From assembly GCA_031835245.2 (NCBI GenBank), contig JAVKOQ020000001.1, forward strand, positions 496,001 to 560,000: a stretch of DNA of 64,000 nt. Direction: 5' to 3'. The stretch comes from Balamuthia mandrillaris (lineage: Eukaryota). The notes below the pieces were generated by a model. That model saw nothing but the letters and a program-made list of their open reading frames with translations. It made no database searches and was not told the DNA's origin. Every line of letters starts with the position of its first letter. The first letter of the stretch is position 1. Position numbers and translations under genes: made by a program. Positions 40,090 to 51,227 of this stretch are shown here, one piece after another.

Positions 40090-41308
40090 ATGTCGACGGC
40101 GACGAGAGTGCAATGCCCCATTTGCAACGTGATGATAGAGGCTTCAGGTGAGGCCGCCGTCAACAGACACATCGACGAGTGCCTCACCCTACAGTGCCTT
40201 CGAGAGGAGGGCAGCAGCACCCCCACAACAACAAACCACAATGACAGCGACATCAGTAACGAACAATCGGAGGATATGTCTCTCATTCAAGCTCTCATGC
40301 TGTTCGTATTGCTCCTCTTCCATTCTTCATTCTTCTTCTTCCTTCCTTCTTCTTTTGCTTCTCTCCCCTTTTCTTCCTTCCGTCACTTTCTCCTCCTGTT
40401 TCCTATAGTAGTACTCATATAAGTTCCATTCGATATGACGCACCAAAAAAAATAAATAAAAATAAAAACGAAGTGGAGAAGAGAACATGGTTGAAACGAC
40501 CAGCGCCTATACGGGGCCGCAAGTGACGTGCCCTTATCCCGCTTGTGGCCAGGCTTTGGACACCTATGACTTTCCTTCTCATGCTCAAAACTTTCATTCT
40601 TCCTGCAACCAACAACTTGCCTGCCCCATCTGCTTCCTTGAAACGGTCTGTTGCTTGTTCTCTTCTCTTCTTATTCTCCCTTCTTCTTGCTGTTTGTTCT
40701 TTTTGTTCTGGTTCTTCTTCTTCTTCTTTGTTCATTCTTTTGTTTTCTCTTCTTTCTATTTTTGATTTTTAGGGAGAACTCTTTAGCCCAAACGAAAACA
40801 CAAACTTGTTATCCCATCTGAACCAAACCCATCGGGACGCTGCTGAGCTGCGAAAAGCCATTATGGAGTCAGAACGGGCGTTTCTCAACCAACAGCGTGG
40901 CTTTGTGGAGCTTCCTACCACCATTGGCAAAGGCTATATGGGTAACACCTTCTTTTCTATTTTCTCGTATTTCGTTTGATATTTGTTTTCCTTTTATTAT
41001 TTCTTCTTCTCTTATGGTGGTTGCTCTTTTTTCTTCTCTTCAGCGCATACATTGGACAAAGATTTGGAACAAGAGTGTATAATCTGCACCGATGAATTCG
41101 CCAAAGGTTTCTTTCCCTTCGTTTCTTTCTTCTTCTTTCTCTATCTCACATCGAGTTGTGTCTTTCTCCTGCAGGAGACACAGTGGCGCGATTGGAGTGC
41201 TTCTGTGTGTTTCACCAAGAGTGTATAGATGGATGGTTCAAGAAGAGCGAGAAACGACTTTGTCCTGTACATAGAGATGAGGAAAACAAAGCTGCCGCCA
41301 CCACATAA
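40090..41308 (+). CDS. RING-H2 E3 ligase with N-terminal UBZ-type and central Zn fingers
   Basis: CPICN..VNRHIDECL (UBZ4-like); CPYPAC..HAQNFH..ACPIC; CIICTDEFAKGDTVARLECFCVFHQECIDGWF..CPVH (ZNRF-like RING-H2). Confidence 0.8.
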
Positions 41309-41413
41309 CGAACTCTTGTTTTGTTTTCCTTTTTGTATTTGCTTCATTTTTTATTTTCTTTTCTTATTAAAAAAAACTATTTAAACGCAGAATCAGCTTT
41401 CAAGTTGTTCTGT

Positions 41414-41914
41414 TTACACAACGTGAACCACCGAGGAAGATCCTCTTCCAAAGGTCTCTGGTTGATACATCTCCTCCACTTTCGGAGGCGGCGCCACGAA
41501 CCTTCCCAGGGTGGTCGCTCTCGCCAAGTAACTGTACTTAACGACGCCACCACAAAGGAAAGAAGAGAAGACTTCCACTCGATCATCCCTCAAGCTCTCG
41601 TGGTCGAACCACCTGCCGCTCCACCCTTGGCAAAAGCCGACCGCAAAGCCTCTGCCCAACGCCAAGAGCTCCATGAGGAGAGTGGATTGTTTGGATGGAG
41701 GAGAGGCATGGTCGGAAGATTGTTTAAGTTCGGGGTTGAGTATCTCCAGACCGGCAGGCAAGGAATCCGTCATGGCGATGTGATGGCGGCTCTCGTGGGT
41801 AGAGATGGAGAGAACAATGCGAACGCGAGTTCCAGCTTTCACTTTGATGATATGTTGTTCTCCTTCTTCGCCTTCTTCTTCAATAGTTACGCTGAACATT
41901 TCATTTGATTAGAT

Positions 41915-41963
<49 letters not shown>

Positions 41964-44900
41964 GACGAGAGAAGAAAGTTACTCTGAAGGATCGTCAACG
42001 GCCTCGAAGGTGCGGCGAATGGTGAAGCCTTTGTCAATTGGCTTTAAGAAGGACACTCCAGTGAGGGCGTATTTCAGGCCAATGCGGTAATAACAACGGC
42101 CAGCACCACTCTTATGCAGCAAAAGAGGCAACATTTGCGCTATTTAAACAAGACAAAAGCAAATGAGGATTAAACACGGGTTGAAAGAAGAAAGAAAGTT
42201 AGGAGAACAAACCTGTATCTGCAACAGAATGGAGCCTTTTTGCTTCCTCACGAATCAGCTCTCTTTCATCGCAACCAGCATGCTTCATGTGTAAAGCCCA
42301 CATGGGCACTTCCACCACCTGCTCCTCGAAGGAACGTCCCTCAAACTGCTTCACTCCCAACAAAGAGTTATTCAACCACGCTCTCACCTTCATGTCCGGT
42401 TCCTCTCTTTCCAAAGCGTTAAAGTATTGACGGAAGGCGAGCAGCACCCAGACATTCTCCTGCGTGTTGTTCCAGTGACCTTCTTTCCTTCTAGAGGACT
42501 GCAAGCCTTTCATCAGCTTTGGGATGAGCGAGTGCGTCGGTTGGATTTGAATGAGGCCGCTGAGAAGGATGGCCTCAGTCCTGCGGTTGGAGTGAAGGAT
42601 GAGATAGGAACCCCCGTCGCGGTGGATGTAGTCACTGCTCTCGTGAAAGTGGGCTTCGCTTGCGGTTTCCGTGGCTCTATTGCAGAGGTAGCGAACTTCG
42701 TCTTCCATTATGTCTTGTACCTGCTCTTCATGTTCCGCGAAAGTGTGACGACGACGGATGTTGAAGACAAGTGGAAGTAAGAGACCATATGCCTCCAATG
42801 GCAATTTCTCAGGTCCTTTGGAAAACAACATGATGATATGTTCCTCGATTTCCTCGGCATGACCCATTAAAGTAAGCACGTGCTAAAGTTTGGAGAACAA
42901 AGGTTAGAAGGAGAGGAACAAAGAAGAAGAACAAGAGGAGGGACGCCTAGAACAAACCATGGCATAGGCCTTGATGATGTAGCGCGTCCATTTGGGGTAT
43001 TTCTTCAGTGGTGGTTCGGCATTAGCATTATCATTGTACGTGCGGAAACCTTCGTGAATACAAAGTTATTGGTCGGGCCAGAGAATAGCTTAAATAGAAC
43101 GAGAAGAAGGCATACCAAAGCCAAAACGAGGCTGTTGTTGTTGTTGTTCAATACCAAGTAACTTCATCAAATAGGATGCACTCTGTTTGAGCATCTTGCT
43201 GCCAGCAATATCCGCATTCATGCCACACATCAAGGCGAGGGCGTGCCCCACGTGCACGCTAATATAAGGCCACGAAATACTCTCATGATTGTTGCCACCG
43301 TAGTAGCCCATGCCGTACATTTCAGCTCCTTTGGGTCTTGTGTTCCAAAAGCCAAAACCTCCGTCTTGGTTTTGGGCGGCATCTAACTTCTTCAGGTCGC
43401 GTCGGAACGTTTTGGCCACTTTCTCTGCTGAAGGCATCTCTTTGTCTGCAAGTTAAGTAGACAAATGTGAACACAACAATAAACAAAAACTATGGTTTGA
43501 GAACAGAAGCCATACCTTTAAAGTCTTCTAAGAGATCCTGCAATTGAAGAGTGGCAATCAGACGAGACGCCACCTGCTCGTTGCACTCATATGGATAATT
43601 CATCAAATAGACAAAGGCATCCGAGAGGCTATGCAAATTTGTGGAAGTGGTTCGTATCTCCAATCCCCCGAAACGACCATCTACCACCATGCTTCCCTTG
43701 CCTATAACACCTTCTTCTGCTTTAGCAAAGGAGGAAGAGACGTTAATAGGTTGAATGATTGCCGATCGGTTGTTGTCCAGATGTCCATATGTGGCGAAGC
43801 TCTCGGAGATCATTGGCTTACGAACAGGGAAAGTGATGCGAGCAGCATCCGAATGGATACCACAAGTTGAGCAAACGATGGCCTCAACGGTAGCGGAGGA
43901 AGATACTGTTGCTGCTGCCAGCTCGAACAACACTTCCACTCTGTATGAGAAACTAGTAAGCTTTGGAAATAAAAGAAAACCAAAGAGATCAAAAAAAGCT
44001 AAGAACCTGTTGTTGGCAGCAACAAAAACTCGTTTGGCCGCAGCTCCTTCAATAAAGAGATGTTTAGCTCTCAATCCCACTTTTGCCTGTTTTATTAACA
44101 ATTATAAGAAGGAAGACAAACAGTAAAAGAAGAAAACTAGGCATACCTGCATCGGAGCATCGGTATTATTGTGTACCACAAGGCTTTGTAAGAACTTATC
44201 ACCAATGGATATAAAGCGAGGAGGAGATGGCTTCAGCATTAACGGCAGTCTAACAGTGATATTGCTCTCCAAAATACCAAATCTGTTGCCTTTGTTCGCA
44301 ATAACCATTATACGATAGCTGATTTGCAATGAATGTTAATCACAAGAAGGAACGCAAACGGGCAAGATGAACCATGTACCGTGTCAAGTTATCCGGAAGA
44401 CTGAAACTCACTTTGACCTTTCCTTCTGCATCCGATTGGAGATGTCCTTGGAAAGTGGCCAGAGGATCGAAGTCACTCCTAACCACTGTCCTGGCTGATG
44501 AACCACCGCCACCTCCTCGCAGACGCAAGACCTAATTTTTGAATATAACAAGAAAGACAAGAGTGAAACGTTAAGAAACGACAAGAAAGAAACAACAAGA
44601 AAGAAACGACAAAAAAAAGTGTACCAAGTGAAGGGTTGACTCTTGCTGGATGTTGTAGTCGAGCAAGGTGCGACCATCTTCGAGCTGTATGCCAGCGAAA
44701 ATTAGCCGCTGTTGATCCGGAGGAATTCCTTCTTTATCTTGAATGGCCACCTTCAGCTCTTCTACTGTAGACCAGCTTGCCACCCTATTATTAGAGAAAA
44801 GCGCAAGTATGTTAAGGGCAAGAAGAAAAGTAATGAAAGGGAGAGAAGTAAAAAATGACAGGGAGGAGAGGTGTACTCTAAAGTGATGGTTTTGCCAGTA

Positions 44901-46331
44901 AGAGTCTTCACATAGATAGTGATCATGGCGCCAGAGCCGACGACCTTGGTACGCGTAGAATGGTTGGCGTTAAAGCACTTGAGCCTTCCCTCACCCTCCC
45001 GCCCATAAAATGTTTCCAATGGATCCTTCAGCGTGTAATGCGCCAAGAAGAGCACCGCCTCATCCACAACGTACACCGTACAATCAACATCGTTGGCTGG
45101 CTGCATTCTTCCAGATGAAGGTTTCGCCGTCACTTGTGTGACGGTGTTGGCGCCGCCATCAGAGCTTGTGGCAACGGCAGAGGGAACAATGGATGGCTTC
45201 TCCAAGAGTTGCAACTCGAACTGGACGATATCTTGCGGTTGGTACACTGCCTGATAGCCAGGAACCATTTTGACTTGGATCTTTTGTTGTCTGTTGACAA
45301 TCACTGGAATGAATATCGATTTCGGCATGATCCAAGGAACTCCCCTTGCCTGTGCATCAGAAGAGGCTTCCCCTCTTTCTTCTTGTTGTTCTGGAGGACA
45401 AGGAATGACGCTGACTTCCACATGCAAGCCAGGAAGACTCTTCTCTTCGAGAGGAATAGGCAGTTCCAGCACGTGAGCAGGGCCATCCATGTGAAAAGGT
45501 GTTACTCGAGCGAGACCATGCCCGCCCACTGAAAGCAAGCCTTGGCAGGGGTATATGGGAGCATGCACCAACAGATGCGCCGTTTCTCCCAATTCGTACT
45601 CGTTCTTGTCGGCGAGAAGACGAAGGGTAAATTTGTTGCCTCCGCTTTTGTTGGAAGGAGGATAGAGAATGCGGTTCAGGCCGCGGAAGGCATAAACCGT
45701 GATGCTGCTGACATTTTTCCTGCCATGAGAGTCCATTACTTCTGCGTAAATATCTGCACAGTAACCTTCCTTCCACTCCCCAAAGTCCACCACAAAAATA
45801 CCCGGCAAGGATCCTTCTTCTGGTTGATATGCTTCTTCTTGTTCCACTTTCATGTTTTCGTCGTTTTCGCCACCATTCAAAGCGAATCTCTTCACAACGA
45901 CATCGCCGGTAACTTTTTCATGGAAACCAGTTTCCTCATTCTTGCGCCACAAACGTTCTTTCTTTCTCAGCAATACTCGTACGCCTTTAGCGTGTTCATC
46001 ATTGCTGTTGAGATGCAGTCTTTCTCCATCGATGGTGCTCACCACCAACTCGCAGCGAAGCGGTGCGCCCACTCCTACCAAATACTCCGTTTGAGGTCGC
46101 AAACCTATGTAGAGGGAAGCTGGATGTATGATGATTGGGTTGACTGTGGCTGTTAGGGATTGCCTATTGAGGTCTACCGTGGTCACGTCGGCGTTGAGCT
46201 TGATGGGTGCGACGAGCTTGCCTTCATGAGACAACTGGAAACGTACACGATTTGTGCCTGCTGCATCGGTTTTGGCTGCGAGACCAGATAAAATAAGTAA
46301 TAAATAAATAAATAAATAAATCAATAAATAA

Positions 46332-46366
<35 letters not shown>

Positions 46367-49300
46367 ATGAGGGGGAGAGAGAGAGCACCTTTATGGGTTT
46401 GGAAAGGGAAGCGTCCATGAGCATGGGTGGTAAAGGTGAAGCCTGAATTGTTGGGTGGACGGTAGGTCGTTTGCGTGGTCATAAAAGTCCACGATATATC
46501 TGTAAATGGTAAGCTACAGCCAGTAAAGTATCTATTGTTTTGTGGTAGCAACATTAGAAACGCAAACAAATGGCCAAAGAGATAACATTTTCAATGTAAT
46601 GAAACGTACTTCGCTTCGGCAGAAAAGTCTATTGGTTCGTCAACCAAAAACGGTCCACCGTCGGTCACATTAGCGCTCATCTCAAATTCAGGACGTCTAT
46701 ATTTATCAAACAGCAAGGGAAGAGGTAAGGAAAAAAGAAGAACGAAGGACAAGAAGAATAAAGTGTGAGCCGTTACCTAAACTCCTGAATCTCCAAGTCA
46801 TGCGTGTAAATGTACTGACTGGCGACTTGTTGCGAGGTAGACATAAAGGCCATCATTTCGTTAAACGAGTCTATCAACACCAACTCCAAATGGGCTTTTC
46901 CCAAAGCCATGTTGCTGGGCAACGTAAAGGTAAGCTCGAAGCAATTGCCTTCGCTCAGAGTTCGAACGCCTTTGGCATAAGGCCCCCGCCGCATCTCGTC
47001 CTTTAGCACATAGTACACACCAAGGCTTGTCACTGGCGTAATCTCTCCCGAGCGCCTTAACTTACGAACCCATCCTTTCACCACTACGTCTTCTCCAGGT
47101 CGGTACAATCCTCGGTCGTTGATAACATACCTTTTTACAAAACAAGCGGTTCGATAAGATGCCAAAAAGGAGGGAAGCAGAAGCAGATGTTACCATAAAA
47201 ACTTATCTTGGTAACCTCGCGACGAAGCTAAAGTAGATGGAGCATACAGGACACTGTCTTTGCCCTTCTTTGCTTCCAGTATTTTGGCGCGGTGTGTTGC
47301 CTGGAAGAAAAGAAACAATGCAGAAGCATACCAAAGAGCCGTCATTTAATTAAAAACGTCCCTTTCGAGTTAAAAGTCTTTTTGTCATTGAAAAAATGAA
47401 ACGGGCACGTACCACTCGAGGAATAGTAAGGTTGTAAACCATACCGTCCTTGTCAGATACACCGTAACCAAAGCCGTCCAAGAAATTAACTGCGCAATCG
47501 CTTACAGCTAAAAATAAACAAGTCGTCAGCAAAGAAATAAACAAGTGATTAAGTCGTTACTCACGCGTTCCATCCACCAGAGAAGTCACAAGAGCATTCA
47601 AGCATTTAAGGTCACTCGTTATATCGAGGGCAAGATCTGCAATGAGAGATAATATAGGGTCAAATTTAGAAATGCAACAGTGTGCCAAAGTAACGAACCT
47701 GATCTACATATCCATGAATAAGCTGTAAGCTTTTTTGTTTTAAAAAAACTTAAGTTAGCATCATCACCCATTTTAAGAGTTGGGCACCTACAATAACAAC
47801 AGTAAAGAGACTTACCGTTGGAGCAGTTACACAGAGTACATAGTGCCCGTAATCACTAAGTTGAGAGAGATCAATGTTGGTGCGAATATTGTTGTCGGGT
47901 GTGCCCTGAATATTTAATTGTTGTGAAAAGACTCTTCGCATGGAGCCCTGGCAGAAGCTTTCCACTTGATCAGCCGAAAGACTAGAGTAGGAATGCCACA
48001 TGACAGTATTTGTTTTAAAAACTTGCACGTGCACCTTATCTAAATTACATGTAACGGCTGTAACCACATTGCTATTTTTGCATTAAGAGAATAAAGTGGT
48101 AAGAAACGAGAGAGAGAGAGAGAGAGGAAAGAGCAGAAAGCAGACAAAGAGGAGGAAAGTAGTACCCCAAGTCTACAAAAGAAGGTAAAACAACGTATTT
48201 GGCGCAGCTAAGATACAATCTCGAGCTTAAAACATTTCGTGGCGTGGTGAATGAATATTCCAAGGCTTCTGAGGAAGGAAGCGTTTGGCCGAAGCAGTCT
48301 TTGATGCCTGGCGAAAGTGTTACTATGTAAGTTGCTTCTCGTTCTAAAGAGCCTTCTATAGTGAGAGTATAGCCTGAAATGATGACGTTCCATTCTTTTG
48401 GTTCTTTTGTTGTTGCATGAGAATGTCAACTACTTGAAACAAAACACAAAAACAAGAGAGAGAGAGCGAGAGCTAGAGCGGCAGAGAGAGAGAGAGAGAA
48501 TGAGAAGACCTAGAGAGAGAAACAAACCTGGTTGAATGGTGACCAACTTTTTCCTTTCTTCTTGGTCATCCACTTCAGCTAGATGGTTGCTAAAGGTAAA
48601 CGCTTTTTGGTCATGTGCTTCCACCAAGAAGGGTCCATACGTCTATGTATACCGAATGAATGAGAGAAAGAGAGGGAGTGATAGAAGAGAAATACAAACC
48701 GAAAAGGGAATCGAAGAGGCTTCCGTAGTGGTGAGAGGCCCCTCCGCAGAAGGGCAGCCAGGATTCAACTTCAAAGTTAAAGAGGTAGCGTAAGGAAGAA
48801 GCTCCACTGGTGTAACAGCAATGCAACGACCATCCTCCGCATCAGCAATGGCAGACGCAATGGACTCATCTTCTGCCAACTCCTCCGAAGTGGCCAAACG
48901 AAACACAAAGCCCTTGGTCTCCTCAGCTGTGAAAGAAAGGTAATAGCAAATAAATAAAGCATAGAGGAGAATTGGAGAAGCAAAACAAGATAAGACATGA
49001 ATAAGGAACACCAACCAACGGCCTCCAAGAATGGAATAACATCATCAGCCACCACCTTTTGGTTAAATCTAAGCAGGATAAGAGGCTGCTGAGAGCAGTG
49101 CTTTGCGTCCTGATCTCCCGCAAAACGATGGCTTTCAATCTTGACTCGCTCCGTACTGAAGCAGAACGTTACATCTTCTGCGAGAGAATTGCCCAATGCG
49201 CTTGCACATTCTTCCGCTGCGATTTTAACTGTAAACTCAGTCGAAAGTGGAAATCTGCATGGAAAAAAACTGTCAGCAGAGAAAGAGATAGGAAAGTAAG

Positions 49301-50513
49301 AACAACAGGAATTACCTGTCCCAAACCTCAAAGACAAGAGTTTGGGTGTTTATCCAACTCCAAGAACCGAACTCCTCACCGTTGGATGGATCCACGTTTG
49401 GGGATAGTGTGACACCAGGGAGACCTGCATCCTTTATCCCCTGGTCCAGTTGCTCGTGAGACGTTAGCGACACCATTGCCTCCGAGAAAGTTATGGCTAT
49501 TTGAGTAATGCCACCAGTTAAAGCCCCAGAGGGGCTATAACGAAGAACCTTGAGAGAAGCACCCTTGCTCTTGTCCTCTCCTTCTTCTTCCAAATGCATG
49601 GAGCTTGCTGCGCCATCTCCCCCAGAGTCTATTTCTACAGAAGGAGAAGGAGGAAAGATGGACATCTTTTGCAAATCGCCAGAAAGGATATCCTCTTCCA
49701 CTTCCATCCCGTGTCTCCTTTTCTTGTGTTGAGGCACAGTAGTTTGACACTCTTTAAACAGCTTCTCTCGGACAGCCTCATCCTCTTCTGTTTCTTCCTG
49801 AAAACTGTATCGCGCTTCTTTCTGGTCTTCTTCCTCTCCATCCTTTTCTCCATTACCCTCCTCGTCGTTGGGCATCGCTGCAAGAAGCTCTTCCGTCTCC
49901 ACCTCCGAAAGCGGAACAGCTTCCTCCGTTTCGTCTTTCTCCTTTTGTTTGTCTTCGGTCTCCCCATCATGAGGAAAAGTGGTATCCACCACGCTGCACT
50001 TTATCGATATGCTGCTCTTGGGAGCGTGAGTGCCAGGGAGTGGAGCCAGTCCAGCCGCATTGCGTAGGCGCAGCACCAGGTGCAGCGTTGCCCCATCAGG
50101 GATATCGTAGTCTGAAAGTTTGAAGTCCGGCTAAAGACATTCAATAAAAAAACGGTTAGAGAGGTAACAAAGAAAGAAAGTAACGACAAGAAAGATGTGA
50201 AGTAAAGAGAGAATAAAATAACAACTTCAAAATAAAAGAAAGAGTTGAAACGAACATTTAAAGAACGACCAGCATGGATGAGGTTTTGTTGGTCCACCGG
50301 AACGCCATCCTTCTCCTGGATGCTCTGCATGACCGCTTTGATGGTTGGGAAACGTCCCTGCACGGTGATGGTCTTGCCAGTGAGGGTCTTCACCTCCAGC
50401 CTGCGAAAGGGCACGCGTTTGTTTGTATTGGTGGTGGCCGTGGAAGCGGGCGAGCCGCTGGCCTCATCCTTCTTTTCCTCTGTTTCAATCGCCTTCTCCT
50501 TTTCTATCTCCAT
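41414..50513 (-). CDS. Bacterial-type alpha-2-macroglobulin with an N-terminal ubiquitin-like domain and an internal ubiquitin in the bait position (~23 introns)
   Basis: Ig-like [101 protein letters not shown]; thioester [77 protein letters not shown]. Confidence 0.9.
44511..44926 (-). other. Embedded ubiquitin domain, split by introns 44532-44624 and 44785-44876
   Basis: Spliced: [77 protein letters not shown]; 61/76 identical to canonical ubiquitin by hand alignment. Confidence 0.95.
46288..46368 (+). repeat. (TAAA)n microsatellite in an intron
   Basis: Direct inspection. Confidence 0.9.
50056..50402 (-). other. N-terminal ubiquitin-like domain of the A2M gene (intron 50131-50255)
   Basis: [74 protein letters not shown]; no terminal GG. 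Confidence 0.9.
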
Positions 50514-50749
50514 CTTAAAAACATCGAAACAAAAAGAAAAATAACAACAAGAGAGAACAAAGAAGAAGGATCGAAGAAGAAAGAAGCAAAAATGTTAACC
50601 GTGCTTTTTCGAAGGCAACCAAACTACTACTGTAAAGTATTTCTTCTCTGTTGGAGTTTTTTTTGTTAACGGAAAGGGTAAAATATTTCTTGGAAAATTT
50701 TGTCGACAATTTATGAATTTGTCGACCGAAAAGAATTGGAAGGGAGAAG

Positions 50750-51192
50750 ATGAGGACTGCAGCGAGACGGAGTAGCGCTGCCGGCTTGCCTATTCCTCGT
50801 TGCCCTTTGTGGTTGCAACGCTCTCGTTTGAGCTGTTTCGCTTCTGCGCAAGTTGCCTCGCTACGGCGTAGGCCGTCGGAGCACTTGGCCGCCGCGACAA
50901 GTACTTGCCGCTCCTCATCTCTTTCGTCATTTCGCTGTTTCAGCAGCAACGGTAAAGCTCTTTAGAAAGTCTTTCTACTCCACTTCTTGTTTAATACTTG
51001 TGTAGGAACCGGAAGGCCGTTGCCTCCGTTCGTTCAACGACGGCTGCGGCTGTGGCAAGAGGAGCAAGCACGACAGCAACATGCCGAGACGCGTGATGCG
51101 GTTGCTGCTACCGCCATAACCATCACGCTGCCGGATGGCTCCCGCCTTGAGTGTCCGTCTGGCACCACTGCCTTGGATGTTGCCGCTGGTAT

Positions 51193-51227
<35 letters not shown>

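Noticed and set aside
44571..44783. Stand-alone ubiquitin or polyubiquitin gene
   Set aside because: Both ends of the Ub are contiguous in frame with A2M sequence inside shared exons, and it has no stop codon of its own.
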